Part shown: positions 12,929 through 26,479 of the stretch, piece after piece | How the letters are laid out: each line of letters opens with the position of its first letter | Numbering within the stretch: the first letter of the stretch is position 1 | Program-made: the position numbers and the translations under genes | From: Eledone cirrhosa | Lineage: Eukaryota | Direction of reading: 5' to 3' | Length of the DNA stretch: 64,000 nucleotides | NCBI GenBank assembly: GCA_964016885.1 | Contig: OZ024745.1 | Coordinates: 15,252,001-15,316,000 of the forward strand | Notes under the pieces: model-generated | Database searches by the model: none | What the model was told of the DNA's origin: nothing | What the model saw: the letters and a program-made list of their open reading frames with translations, nothing else

Positions 12929-14520
12929 TTATGTAATAAATCTCAAGATTACACAATTTGCAGAAATTTTGGCTCCTGGAAAAGTTTGGGTTTTAGCTAA
13001 TTTTTCCCATTTTAGGGTAAACTTTTGATTGCTATCCCTGAGCGTCCAAGCTTTCTCTGCTAAAGTTGTTACATTTCTTTGGCTCTGGTGTTTTATTGAG
13101 TAAGAATGCCTATACAATCGAGATTTAAACGATGTTGCCGTTGATCCCACGTAATACCACTCGTTGCCTCCGGATTTAATGGTACACTTATAAATAATAT
13201 TTTTTTCCAGGCAGTTATTGCCGAGGGGGCAGTTGTCAGGATAGGTGCAGTTACAGTTGTGTACGTTGGGTTTTCTCTGGAGTAGTATTGCGGACGAACT
13301 TAGGTGTGGTTTATTTATGTTCTGTAGTGTATTGTCTACTGTTTTTTTGGGGTTCTTTGTACTTAAGTTCTTAGTGTTTTCGTTTAACCTTCTAGTATTG
13401 ATCTTTTTTATGTGTTGTTCAAGGTTTAACGCTGTAGAGTATGACAGTCTTATAGTGGTAGGGTTTAGGATTTTGTGGTATTTGTGTGATGTGGGAAAAT
13501 GTCTTTTAATTATTTTAAAGAAGAGTACTGGTAAATTTGTACTAATGGAGCTATTGTATTCGGGGTTATACCATAAGTACTCTTTGCATCGCTTTCTATT
13601 AGTTTTGTTTGTTGGTTTACTGGTGTGCATACTATGGTAGTAAGTGTGGTTTGGTGTTGTGTTATTATATCTACCTATGTGGGATTTATTTTGGGTGTTT
13701 TGATTGTTCCCATCTATGTACTCTATTTTGTTGAGGTAGCCTGCTTTACTAAGGGCGTTATCGTAGTACTCGGTGTGTTCCTTAAATACTTGTATGTTAG
13801 AAGATAGACCCGAGATTCTAAGGGAAATATTTTTAGGGATAGATTTAATTATAGAGATGGGGTGGTTAGACCCAACATTTACGTATTTGAGATTTTCATT
13901 CAATTTATGAAACGGTTTAATCAAACCAGAGTTTAAATTGAGTGTGACATCCAGGAAATTAACTACTTTAAGGTTGTATTCATATGTTATAGTTAGTCCT
14001 ATTTCGAGTAGTAGTTTTCTTATATCTTTGCGTAGTTTTTCTAGTTTTTGGTTATTAAGGTTTTTAGCTAGGAGGAGAACATCGTCGCGGTATATTCCGC
14101 CGTGGAGATTGCTGAATTTTTCCTGGAGTCTAAAGGCGATAAATAACCCCACAATATCAGTTATTTCCGCCGAATCGTTAGAGCCCATTGTTATGTCAAA
14201 GTTAGAGGGTCTATCTTTACGTACCCAATAACTGTTCTCAAATTTGACTATAGTTTTCCTAGCTTCTAATATAATCTTAATTTCATCGTTTGTAAGGTCG
14301 GAGTTATCCTTAGCAAACTTAATGGCTCTATTCAAAGTTTCAGGTGATATCGATGAGTAATATTCATCGATATCAAACTGGATAAACTTAGATTTATTCT
14401 TATTGCTAATGCTATTAAACCATCTTATTGCTTCTTGGGTCTTCCCCCAGAGTTTAATGTTAACCTTAGCCTTAATTTGGGGGATGATTCTATCTAAGAT
14501 ATATTTGCTTATTTTACCTA
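12929..14520 (-). pseudogene. RT-GIY-YIG ORF of PLE B, truncated at the N-terminus and frameshifted near the C-terminus
   Basis: ORF 12929..14620. Its first ~32 codons come from the inverted pLTR, not from the element ORF. Confidence 0.85.
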
Positions 14521-14762
14521 TATCTGCAAACACAAAACCAACCACGCATATCTTTACTATCTCTAATCCTTCTATAGATTTAGAAAAATAACCAATAATA
14601 TATTCTATAAAAAATGTCAAAACAACAGATGGGAATCTAATTAATCACTGCCACCAAGAATTCTCACTGCTATCGAAAAACCACTCCTTCAACTATTCTT
14701 CTAACAACTTCACCCCTTCCTCCTAATATTCTCTATAAAAACTAAATAGGTCCTCAGTAATA

Positions 14763-14879
14763 TTATTCTGATGAAATGACAGTAAACAATAACATTGAAA
14801 TATTGAATGTCTGCATAACTAAAAGTTTGTAGATAGCTGTTTTAGGTTATGTAACTGTTATAGAAACACGTGTCAATAA
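14763..14879 (+). ncRNA. Same hammerhead ribozyme in the inverted pLTR copy
   Basis: CTGATGA at 14768, GAAACACGTGTC at 14863, stem I TTATT/AATAA. Confidence 0.75.
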
Positions 14880-15137
14880 ATTCCTTTCAACTAAACTGTA
14901 TCCATTCAAATCTTTCTATTTTTCTCCGGATTACTTTTGGAACTACAACTGGAACCGTCGAGCAAACTCTACGTGAGCTGATAATCTACTGTGTGTAATA
15001 TTTATATTACAACACAACGGAAAAAACTGTATATATATATATATATATATATATATGAAGTATTTCCGTAGGAAAAGAGAGTGCTCTATGTAGGCTACAG
15101 AGCGTTTTAGTTATGTAATAAACAACATAAGATAATT

Positions 15138-15211
15138 ATTTCATTTACCAAAGGTTTCACGAAGACAGACGAGCCTGGCACAGACGTTGCCTTCAATCGT
15201 CAGAATGAAAT
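15138..15211 (-). ncRNA. Type I hammerhead ribozyme in a ~165-bp segment between (TA)n tracts
   Basis: ATTTCATT-CTGACGA-(GAAGGCA..TGTCTTC)-GAAA-CC-TTT-GG-TA-AATGAAAT, with a perfect 8-bp stem I. Confidence 0.8.
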
Positions 15212-15240
15212 TTTATTTCATATATATATATAAATGTTGT

Positions 15241-15412
15241 TATCGGTAGAGAGTCGGACACCATGCTTTGAAGCATAGAGTTACGTCCCTTTATGATCTG
15301 AGTTCAAATCCCGCCAAGGTTAACTTTGCCTTTCATCCTTACGGGGTCGATAAAATAAAGTACCAGTAATGTACTGGGTAATTGGTGGCCTTGTGCCAAA
15401 AATAGAAACAAT

Positions 15413-15415
<3 letters not shown>
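15241..15415 (+). mobile_element. SINE family A copy
   Basis: B-box-like GAGTTCAAATCC, core TTTGCCTTTCATCCTTACGGGGTCGATAAAATAAAGTACC and tail CCTTGTGCCAAAA. Shared with many copies in the window. Confidence 0.8.
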
Positions 15416-15472
<57 letters not shown>

Positions 15473-15909
15473 TAAATATATGTTTGGGTACATATATATA
15501 TTGTGGATATATTTTGGGGGAAATCATCTTTAATTCTGTCATAATTTATGTTCATGCCAGTGGTCAGTAGACATTTTTGGAAGACAGCGGATGGAAACTG
15601 TTTTTATGCGTCACAAGCCAAAGTGGATAAAAACTAGAACCTTCCTCTTACAAGATTATGGCAACAGTTTCCGGTTTTATTACTTTAATGGATTGATAGA
15701 ATCATTATAGTTTCGAAAAAAACGGTGTTTGTATTGATACTTTACATTTTGAGTTCAAATCCCAGAGTGGTTAATTTTACTTTTCATCCTTCCAATGTCA
15801 ATAAATTGAAATCCCAGTCAAATACTGAGGTCGATTTAAATCGACATTCCTTTTCCAACAAAAGCAATTGAAATCTAAATTAAAAGTCATAATATAACGG
15901 ATAATAAGA

Positions 15910-16075
15910 TAATTGTTTATACTTTTGGCACAAGGCCAGCAGTTATACCAGTATATTACTGATACTTTATTTCGACCCCGTAAGGATGAAAGGTAAATTT
16001 AACATCAGCGGGATTTGAACTCCGTAACTCTCCGTAACTCTTTGCTGCGACTTTGCTGTCCGACTCTCTACCGAT
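15910..16075 (-). mobile_element. SINE family A copy (degenerate)
   Basis: Reverse complement of the family A core and tail. Confidence 0.7.
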
Positions 16076-16192
16076 ATTAAGATAATGTATAGAATGATGT
16101 ATAGACTAACGAGAAGGTGTTTATTAATAGCATAACATCTTTTAATTCCATAATAGAAACATTCCTTTCGTTGCTCTGCAATTCAACGCAAA

Positions 16193-16388
16193 ATAATTGT
16201 TTCTACTTTTGGCACAAGGCCAGCAATTACTCAGTGAATTACTGGTACTTTATTTTATCGACCCCGTAAGGATGAAAGGCAAAGTTAACCGCGGCGGGAT
16301 TTGAACTCAGAATGGCAAGGGCCGTAACTCTATGCCTCAAAGCATGACGTCTGATACTGACTACCGATACTGCCAATCCACCGCCTTC
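16193..16388 (-). mobile_element. SINE family A copy, near full length
   Basis: Reverse complement of AAGGCGGTGGATTGGCAG..GAGTTCAAATCC..GTAGAAACAATTAT. Confidence 0.82.
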
Positions 16389-17383
16389 AACACAAAATAA
16401 TGCATATGGATTCATTAAAACAGTAAAATTAATAAAGAAATTGATAATGAAAACAGAATGTTTGCATGCAACGTCACATATTCAATGAAACTGCATTTCG
16501 GATTTGGCCCCGGGGCTGCAGTTTGTTAATTATTTGACTACGTGATCTGCTCATTAAATATATGCTTTGGATATGCTAATATAAAACAAAATGGCGAGTG
16601 AGATTTTATAAAACACTTCAATTTATTATGTTCTGAATAATACGTTTAGGATCGTAAATTTGAAATGAAAAGTATTTATTGAAATATATTAAATACACGG
16701 TTTCGAAAGTTATTTCACAAATTACAGCGTTGCGAACAAACTGTCGTCCTCCAGCATGTCCATGTATATATTAACAACTAAATCGAACTGAATTAACCCA
16801 TTCAAGGGTATTAATGATCATGATGAGGAGGAAGATGGGGGGGGGGGGGGTGACGTCGGTGAAGAAGAAGAAGAAGAAGAAGAAGAAGAAGAAGAAGAAG
16901 AAGAAGAAGAAGGAGGAGGGGGTTTGCTACTTGCGGTTGGAACCAGCTCACCTTATATGCCGCTTTACATGTTTGGAAGGAAACGTTTAAACTTCCTAAT
17001 TTCCATTTTTCCCTACCTTGAAGTCACAAGGCTAATCAACTAATCACTAATTAAAGAAAGTTAAACAGACGTTCGATGATTAACTCACACGTGCCTTAGA
17101 TAATTAAGTATCTGTTGATTAAAATATAATGAATAAATTAGAGTTTCTTATTAATAGACTTAAACTGTGCCTGTTTATTGTGCTGTATTGTTGTCTTAGG
17201 AGCTGATAAACAGGCACACAGCTCTCGCGTAGCTAGTGCTGATCTCAGTGTGTTCGCCTTCATTTATATATGTTTGAGTGTGAACACGTTTCTAGTTATG
17301 TAATTGTTAATGTGTGTATGAGTGTGTGTGCGTGTGTATGTGTGTGTATCTATAGTTTTGTAGTGAAGGCACATGGCTTAGTG

Positions 17384-17645
17384 GTTAGAGCATTAGGCTT
17401 GCAATCAAAATGTTGTGAGTTCAATTCTCGGACCAGGTGATGTGTTGTTTCCTTGAGCAAGACACTTCATTTCACGTTGCTCCAGTATACTCAGCTGAAA
17501 ATGAGGACCAGCAGTAGCTGGAGGTTTAACCCTGCGATGGACTGGCGTCCTTTCCAGGGGGGAGTCTTGTACTCTGTCTCTTCACGCCATGAAACCGGGA
17601 TAAACACCGGCCAAATGAGCCTTCTGGCTTAAGACAAACTTTAGA
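17384..17645 (+). mobile_element. tRNA-derived SINE family B copy
   Basis: A box TGGCTTAGTGG, B box GAGTTCAATTC, then CCTTGAGCAAGACACTT core. Related to 47919 and 57920. Confidence 0.82.
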
Positions 17646-17654
17646 CTTTCTCGA

Positions 17655-18800
17655 CTATAGTTGTGTATATGTGAATGTGTGTGTGTGTGTCTATAGTTGT
17701 GTATATGTGAATGGGTGTGTGTGTGTGTGTGTGTGTATCTATAGCTGTGTATATGTGAATGTGTGTGTGTGTGTATCTATAGTTGTGTATATGTGAATGT
17801 GTGTGTGTGTGTACCTATAGTTGTGTATATGTGAATGTGTGTGTGTGTGTATCTATAGTTGTGTATATGTGAATGTTTGTATGTGTGTATGTGTGTGTTT
17901 GTATCTATAGTTGTGTATATGTGAATGTGTGTGTGTGTGTGTATCAATAGTTGTGTATATGTGAATGTGTGTGTGTCTGTATCTATAGTTGTGTATATGT
18001 GATTGTGTGTGTGTGTGTGTATATATCTATAGTTGTGTATATGTGAATGTGTGCGTGTGTGTGTATCTATAGTTGTGCTTATGTGAATGTGTGTGTGAGT
18101 GTATCTATAGTTGTGTATATGTGAATGTGTGTGTGTGTGTGTATCTATAGTTGTGCTTATGTGAATGTGTGTGTGTGTGAGGGTATCTATAGTTGTGTAT
18201 ATGTGAATGTGTGTGTGTGTGTACCTATAGTTGTGTATATGTGAATGTGTATGTGTGTGTGTGTGTGTATCTATAGTTGTGTATATGTGAATGTGTGTGT
18301 GTGTATGTGTGTGTGTGTGTATCTATAGTTGTGTATATGCGAATGTGTGTGTGTGTGTGTGTACCTATAGTTGTGTAGATGCGAATGTGTGTGAGTGTGT
18401 GTCTGTGTGTACCTATAGTTGTGTATATGCGAATGTGTGTGTGTACCTATAGTTGTGTATATGTGAATGTGTGTGTGTGTACCTATAGTTGTGTATATGC
18501 GAATGTGTGTGTGTACCTATAGTTGTGTATATGTGAATGTGTGTGTGTGTACCTATAGTTGTGTATATGCGAATGTGTGTCTAATTGTGTATATGTGAAT
18601 GTGTGTATGTCCGTGTGTGTGTTTGTTTGTGTGTATGTGTGTGTGTGTGTCAGTGTGTGTGTCTGTATCTGTGTGTGTATGTGTCTGTTTGTGTGTGTGT
18701 ATGTATATGTGTATGTGTATGTGTGTGTGTGTCTGTCTGTGTGTGTGTGTGTCTGTATGTGTGTGTGTGTGTGTGTGTGTGTCTGTGTGTATGTGTGTGC
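17655..18800. repeat. Compound minisatellite: CTATAGTTGTGTATATGTGAAT separated by variable (GT)n
   Basis: More than 20 units seen directly. Confidence 0.9.
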
Positions 18801-19072
18801 ATGAAGATGTATAAAAGCATTTACCATATGCCAATATTCAAACGAAATCGATATACATCTGAATAAATCGATATATGCACGGTGAGTGGCATCACATTAA
18901 ATATATGTTCGTTGGTAGTGATCGGAAAGGTTTGTGATTCGATATCGATCGATTGAATGTGTTAATATATGTATAGTTCCTGAGAGACTATCATGAAAGT
19001 TACAACATTACACAATATAAATAGTCTGTCTGTCTTAATAATCGATAGAAAATAAATAAATGTGTGTGTGCA

Positions 19073-19137
<65 letters not shown>

Positions 19138-19989
19138 GTGTGTGCATGTGTGAGTGCATATGTGTGCGTGTGCATATGTGTATGCGTGCATATGTGTGTG
19201 TGTGTGTGTGCATGTGTGTGTGTATGTGTGTGTATGTATATGTGTGTGTGTGTGCATGTGTGTGCATATGTGTGTGTGCGCGTGCATATATGTGTGTGTG
19301 CATGTGTGTGTGTGTGTGCATGTGTGTGTGTATGTGTGTGTATGTATATGTGTGTGTGTGCATGTGTGTGCATGTGTGTGCATATGTGTGTGTGCATGTG
19401 CATATGTGTGTGTGCATGTGTGTGTATGTGTGTGTGCAAGTGTGTGTGTATCGTCACATATTTATGTTTATATTATTGTATATATATATATATATATATA
19501 TTAATGTCTATTTTATTGATATTTCTGATGAATCATAGAGAAGGGAGGGGGAGATAGAGAAGTAGATGGGGGAGAAGGGGCGGGGAGAAGGGGGTGAAAA
19601 TGGGAGAGGGGAGAAGTGGGGGGAGAGAAGTATAACGGGAGAGAGAGAATGGGAGTGGGGGAGAGAGACGGGGAGGGGTGAGAGGCAGAGGGAGAGGGAG
19701 AAGGGGAGTCGGGGAGAGAGAAGGGGACGGGGAGGGGTGAGAGGGAGAGGGAGAAGGGGAGAGGGCGAGAGAGAAGGGGAGAGAGAGAGAGAAGGGGAAG
19801 GGGAGAGAGAGAGAAGGGAGGGGGAGAGAGAACGAAGGAGAAGGAGACAGCAAGAAAAAGAGAGAGAGAGAGTGTGTGTGTGTGTGTGAGTGTGTATGTG
19901 TGAGTGTGTATGTGTGTGTTTATATAAATAGTATATGAGTGTGTGTGTGTGTATATATGACTGAGTGTGTATGTGTGTGTTTACATAAA

Positions 19990-20100
19990 TAATTGTTTCT
20001 ACATTTGGCCCAAGGCCAGCAGTTAACCTCGGCGGGATTTAAACGTAAAGGGCCATAACACTATGCTACAAAGTATGGTGTCTGACGCTCTACCGATCCA
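19990..20100 (-). mobile_element. SINE family A copy, internally deleted
   Basis: Tail and head pieces match other copies. Confidence 0.65.
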
Positions 20101-20109
20101 ATGTCATTA

Positions 20110-20640
20110 TGTGTGAGTGAGTGTGTATGAGTGCATATGAGTGAGTGTGTATGTGTGCGTGTGAGTGAGTGTGTATGTGTGCGTATTAGTGAGTGTGTAT
20201 GTGTGCGTGTGAGTGAGTGTGTATGTGTGCGTATTAGTGAGTGTGTATGAGTGCATATGAGTGAGTGTGTATGTGTGCGTGTGAGTGAGTGTGTATGTGT
20301 GCGTATGAGTGAGTGTGTATGTGTGCGTGTGAGTGAGTGTGTATGTGTATGTGTGTGTGAGTGAGTGTGTATGTGTGAGTGAGTGTGTATGTCTGTGTGT
20401 GAGTGAGTGTGTATGTGTGCGTATGAGTGAGTGTGTATGTGTGCGTGTGAGTGAGTGTGTATGTGTGTGTGTGTGTGAGTGAGTGTGTATGTGTGAGTGA
20501 GTGTGTATGTCTGTGTGTGAGTGAGTGTGTATGTGTGCGTGTGAGTGAGTGTGTATGTGTGCGTGTGAGTGAGTGTGTATGTGTGCGTGTGAATGAGTGT
20601 GTATGTGTGCGTGTGAGTGAGTGTGTATGTGTGTGTTTAG
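20110..20640. repeat. ~24-bp GTGAGTGAGTGTGTATGTGTGCGT minisatellite
   Basis: Seen directly. Confidence 0.88.
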
Positions 20641-20925
20641 ATAGATAGTATATGAGTGTGTGTATCTTTATCATACATGGGTATGATAGAGAGAGGTGAG
20701 AGACTGTGTGCGTGTGTGTGAGTGAGTGAGTATGCGTGTGTGTATGTATGTGTACGTGTGTACGTGTGTGTGTGTGTGTCTTCATCAGTCAGACTATCAG
20801 ATGGTAGCCATGTTTTCATTAAAACACTTCATCATGAAAATAATGAAAACTATATCGATCACATCGAACATGATTCCACCCTGTGCAGATGTGCTATCTT
20901 CTAGATAGACATATTTATACATCCA

Positions 20926-20970
20926 TGTGTGTGTTGGGTGTGTGTGTGTGTGTGTGTGTGTGTTGGGTGT

Positions 20971-21031
<61 letters not shown>

Positions 21032-21104
21032 GGGTGTATGTGTGTGTTGGGTGTATGTGTGTGTGTGTATGTGTGTGTGTGTGTTGGGTGTATGTGTGTG
21101 TTGG

Positions 21105-21171
<67 letters not shown>

Positions 21172-21215
21172 GGGTGTATGTGTGTGTGTGTGTGTTGGGT
21201 GTATGTGTGTGTTGG

Positions 21216-21311
<96 letters not shown>

Positions 21312-21325
21312 ATGTTTGTGTGTGT
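20926..21325. repeat. (GT)n microsatellite with periodic TTGGG interruptions
   Basis: Seen directly. Confidence 0.9.
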
Positions 21326-21432
21326 ATAGAATGCATTTTTATACACAGAAAATATGTTTAAGTTTACGTTTATCATAAAAAAATGTTCATAAAGGGTATT
21401 TTATATACATATATGTATGTATGCATATATAA

Positions 21433-21489
<57 letters not shown>

Positions 21490-21639
21490 TTATATATATA
21501 TAAGGGTTAAGTTTGTGTATGTTTGTGCATGCGATTTTATTCCATGTGTAGAATAATATTTGAAATCTATGTTTATAAATTACCCCGTATGAAGAAGAAA
21601 ACAAACATATATATATATATGCATATATATATATATATA

Positions 21640-21680
<41 letters not shown>

Positions 21681-22756
21681 CAATTCACTACAGCTGATGA
21701 GTGGATGTAGAAACTGTTCTAAAACATTCAGAAAAATGTCCAACACTCTGTTGTTACTTTGAAGTAATCATGAATCTTTGTTGTATCAACATCTGAAAGA
21801 AGATAAAGTAAAACAAAGAATTGTATACATCGTAAAAATATTTGTAGTAAAATTAGTTTTATTCCGAAGTGACCTACGTATTGGGATCTTTTAGCTTAAT
21901 ATAATTAGTTTCAAAAGTGTAAACACTTCAAATGGTTTTGGTCGGCAGGGAAATATAAATAGCTTTCGATTAATACCTAATAAACTTACATTCTAATGAT
22001 TTGTCAATAAAATGTGTAATAGCTTGTAGCAACTTGATGGGTTTTAAATTCTCAATTGATAGATAATTGATAGTTAATAAACGATTTCTGAGGAAATTGG
22101 TTTCCGTTAATAGCCAATAAGAGGCGCGTGCTAAGCGATCGTTGGCGTTGTTAATAAAAAGGAAATGGTTTTTACTTATAAGTTAAATATCGTTTGATAA
22201 ACATCAGATATATCAGAGCAATCTTTTAAGCTACCTATCATATAATTTATTAGTTTAATAAAAGCTACAAATGAGTGATGTCATTTCCGTGGGAATACTG
22301 AACTATTTATTAGCAAACTTCACAAAATTCAGATTGTTTTTTTATTATTTTTTTATCAATAACGATGAGGGTGGTGAACTAAAAACGAAATGCTCGGTCG
22401 TTGATAACCACCGACGAATGCTGAATTCAAATCGTGAACAGAACAAATAACTACGAGATCGACATAAAAATCTATAGAGTGTATATATGGTCAGTGAATT
22501 ATGAATAAACTATTTAGATATGTTTTGTGTACTTTGTAGATGTGTTTACTGATGCAGTGAGAATACATTGAATAGAGGTTTACTTAAAACGGACATATGA
22601 AAAGTCGTAAATATATCAATTTTTATTTCTGGCAAATTTCCACAGATTATCATAAAGGGTAGAATCCATTGTCATGACCACAATAGATGCGTGGTACTTA
22701 TTCTATTGACCAAGGAAGGGTGAAAAGTAACCGTATCCACGGCCGGAATTGAAATA

Positions 22757-23085
22757 TTCTTCTTCTTTGCCCACTTATTCCTGAGAGGGTCGTGGAAGCA
22801 GAGTCCTTAAACACTACTTTCAGCAGGTCTTGTTAGAAGCAACCGTCTCCAATTGATCCAGCTGGATCCCCAAGTGTGACCAGCCCAGCTCATGGATGCT
22901 ATCCATACATCTTGCTCAAGGTCTACCCTTGGCTTTCCTGCCGTTTATCTTTGCCTGTAAAATCTGTCCAGTAATTCTTTTCTGAGACATTCTAACCACA
23001 TGTCCATCAGACTGTGATCTCTCAATTAGGAGAAGTAGAGACTCTACCTGGAGTGACTCTCTGATCTCCGAGCTACTCTATCGAG
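22757..23085 (-). mobile_element. RTE-clade LINE 3' fragment
   Basis: Minus-strand SLQVESLLLLIERSQ..GHVVRM..GRKAKGRP..LGWSHLGI with a (GAA)n-like tail. Same family as 39058. Confidence 0.7.
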
Positions 23086-23606
23086 TAACGTTACATGAAT
23101 TATACATTCATTCAAATATCAACGGAAAAAATGTACAAGTCTTTCCAAGTATATTTGGCCTTTAAAGAAACAAGTCCGACGGCGTTTAAAATTAAATTAT
23201 TAATCTTTCGTATGCTTTACATAATAGCTCCCGTTTTAATTTGTAATGTACTTCCTACCTTAGTGAAAAGGTATTCAAATCCTTTCAAGATATTTGTATC
23301 GCTTTCGAATACTGAGCTATTGTAAGTTCATTTCGACATTCATACTTCTCAACTATGTTCTATCACCGGTTAAATCAAGAAATGTTTCGAGTGAACAATT
23401 TCAAAAGAAAATTATATACATCTTCATTTTTTATAGATTTATCTAATTTTCAGTTATGTTTTTGTATAATAAGTTATTTTACATAGACGCCATGTTTGAT
23501 TTGGGCACTTGATCTTCATCGAAAAGGAAGAAAAGATAAAGAAATGACATTTTACACAAAGCCAAAATAATATATATATGTATATAAAGCGAGAGAAAAA
23601 GATATA

Positions 23607-25250
23607 TCCTCGTCACCTCCGCCTTCTTCAAACCCACCGACTTCCACTCCTACCTCGACTTCACCTCCTCCCACCCTACACACACCAAACACTCCATTCC
23701 CTACTCCCAACTCCCCCGGATCCGCCGCTTCTGCAGCCGAGATGCTGACCTCGAGTCCCAGGCTCTTTCTCTAGTCAGCCATTTCATCCGGAGAGGTCAC
23801 CATCCCTCGTCCAAGACGCCCTCTCACGCGCCCCTGCGGTCCACCGCTCCACCGCCCTCACCCACGGCCCCGCACCCTTACCGACCATCTCCCCTTCTAC
23901 TCACCTACCACCCCTCCACCGCACCATCCTCCGCCTCTTCCGACGCCTCCAGTCCGACCCCTCCACATCACCCATCTCCCCATCCCCACCCCTCCCCTCC
24001 TTCAAACGCGCGCGTAATCTCCGCTCCCTCCTCGCCCACAGCTCCCTATCCCCCCGGTTGCCTTCCCTACTCCAGACCTCGCTGCCACACCTTCCCCCAC
24101 TTCACGAACACCACCACCATCCAGCATCCCAACGGCAACTCTCTCTCTGTCCGGCATGCCTTCCGCTGCACCTCCTCCAACCTCGTCTATCGACATCACT
24201 GCACGGAGTGCAGCGCAACCTACGTCGGACAGACTGGACGTGGCTTGGCGGATCGGTTCACCTCCGCGATATCCGTCTCGGCGGGAGTTCCCCATCGCCC
24301 GCCAATTTGGTTCCCCTCGACATTCCGCCCACCACCTCACAGTCTGTGGCCGAGCAACACACCATCTTCACCCTACAGACCTCCCTCCCCCCCCCGGCCT
24401 GAACTCCCCACCCCTCTTCCTTTAGCATTCCACTGTCCCCCTCCCCCCACACTTCCCCCACTAACACCCCTAACACACTCCTAGTTCCACCGTCCCCTCC
24501 ACTCCAAGCCCTCCCGCCACCCCCTTGGCCCACCCCACAACTAATAACACTAACACCCCCTAGCACCAGTGCACCCACACCCTCAACACGCACACACCTA
24601 CCTGCACATGTATACACGCACTCACACTATTCACACACCCTACTACCACCACTAAACCCCACCCACACATCCACATTTGGCTACCCCACCACTAATATTA
24701 CTAACACCCCCAACACACCTTCCCCTTCACCACACACACACATACACTCACATACACCTACACTCACCCACACCTACGTACACACCGATACACCACCCAC
24801 GCCACACACACACACACACACGTACACCTGCACACATACACACACACACACCACCTTCAGTCCTCCCCGCCGCTCGGACCCCCCTCCCCGTCTCCCGCTC
24901 CCCCTTCTCCATCCCCCTCCAACCACCCTCACCCCTACACGCCTCACACCCTTTCACCACTTGTTTCTTTTAATTTTTTTTTTACTCTCCAAAATAATAT
25001 TCCGTTTCCTCCCGTTCCCCCCCCCCTCCTCATTTTTTAAAACTAATTTTTTTTAATGTCTTTCCTCCACTCCCCCACAAACTCTCAGAACTCTCCTCCT
25101 TCCCACTTTTCTCCTCTGATGAAGGACTTATGCCCGAAATGTCGTCCCCCGCCGCCACTCTCAAGCGTGAAACAAATAATAACATTTGTACTACCTCTTC
25201 GCTTCCACGTTTTTTGTTTTCTGTTTACTGTCGCAACTTAAAAAAAACAA
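23607..25250 (+). mobile_element. Decayed C-rich Penelope-like element (thumb, GIY-YIG and 3' HHR)
   Basis: SIPYSQ..RIRRFCS near 23695; NLVY..HCTECSATYVGQTGRGLADRF near 24180; CTGATGAAGG..CCCGAAATGTC at 25116. Confidence 0.75.
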
Positions 25251-25274
25251 CATATATATATATATATGACAAAG

Positions 25275-25870
25275 TATGACCCCGACGGCAGAGCTCAAGC
25301 CGTTTCGACATATATGTATACAGACGTACAATAGTATGTATATACATACATGCACACATATGTACGTATTGGTTTACCGAACATTTATTATAATGCTCGG
25401 TTTGTTTGTAAACAAACATCCCGAATTAGTAGCCGTACAGTGTTCGGCAACCATCGTTGCCCTTTTATTCAACACTGACTAAGGAACAATGAACTAGTTT
25501 CTAGCTTATTAGCTGTCATCAGCATCGTATACCTTCCTGTCAGTCGATTGAACGTTTGAAAGTATATGCTTTCCTTATACATATTAACGGTTGAGCAGCC
25601 TAATTAACATATCGAGTGAGTTAGTCGGCCGGGCGTACCGAAAACGATAAATGGAAAAAATGAAATTTCATTTCTCACTCTTAGTACGGCTGATACGATG
25701 GTTGCCGAACACTGTACGGCTACTAATTCGGGCTGTTTGTTTACAAACAAACCGAGCATTATAATAAATGTTCGATAAACCCATACGGACATATATATAT
25801 GTGTGTGCATATATGTATGTATGTATATACATACTACTGTACGTTTGTATACATATATGTATGTACGTAT
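25275..25870 (-). mobile_element. Short non-coding foldback element with a minimal HHR
   Basis: Arms at about 25310-25457 and 25695-25860 are inverted copies. HHR lies in the loop; (TA)n flanks. A fragment recurs at 37628-37745. Confidence 0.65.
25486..25528 (-). ncRNA. Minimal type I hammerhead ribozyme
   Basis: ACGATG-CTGATGA-CAGCT-AATA-AGCTA-GAAA-CTAG-TT-CATTGT. Confidence 0.72.
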
Positions 25871-25875
25871 ACATA

Positions 25876-25911
<36 letters not shown>

Positions 25912-26195
25912 GGAAGTTTAGTAAAATCGAAGTTTCGGCTGTAGTCAAGTTAACAAAATACAGTCAGGAATTATGCAGCCAGCCACTCGATGAGCTGTGC
26001 TCAGAGTAATAACTGTTTCTATTTTAGGCACAAGGCCAGCAATTACCCAGTACATTATTGGTATTTTATGTGCTCAGCGTAATAACATACGTTAGATAAC
26101 AGGACAAATTGAAAACTGTTGCAGGCAAGCCTAGCCACAACACCGAAACAACGGGAAAACTTTCAGGTTAAATAACAGAGAGAGAGAGAGGGGGG

Positions 26196-26257
<62 letters not shown>

Positions 26258-26479
26258 AGAACGCCAATCTAATAATCGATTTTTTTGACCGAAAGTAGAT
26301 GGAAACGGGATGGTCTACTGCAATCATGGGTAATGTGTGGCCCGTTTGGCTTTCTGAATGGTACGACTAATTTCAAAATTGCCCTGAAATTTTTGGCAGT
26401 GCGGCTCAGTTTATGATGAGATTCCTTCTATGCGGCACACTGCTCGAAAAAGGTTGTCTATGCTTGCTCTACAGTCACG

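Larger units (their letters stand above)
11725..15030 (-). mobile_element. Penelope-like element B (YRDD-type RT plus C-terminal GIY-YIG), 5' truncated, with inverted pLTR
   Basis: FIQFDIDEYYSSI, FDITMGSNDSAEI, GIYRDD, VNFLDV, CNC..CPLGNNC, NIIYKC..YYVGST. 11725-12118 is the near-exact reverse complement of 14525-14918. (TA)n flanks. Confidence 0.9.

Noticed and set aside
21690-22520. HHR-like CTGATGA..GAAAAATGTC and a very decayed minus-strand PLE
   Set aside because: Stems I and III do not pair convincingly and the peptide similarity is too weak to call.
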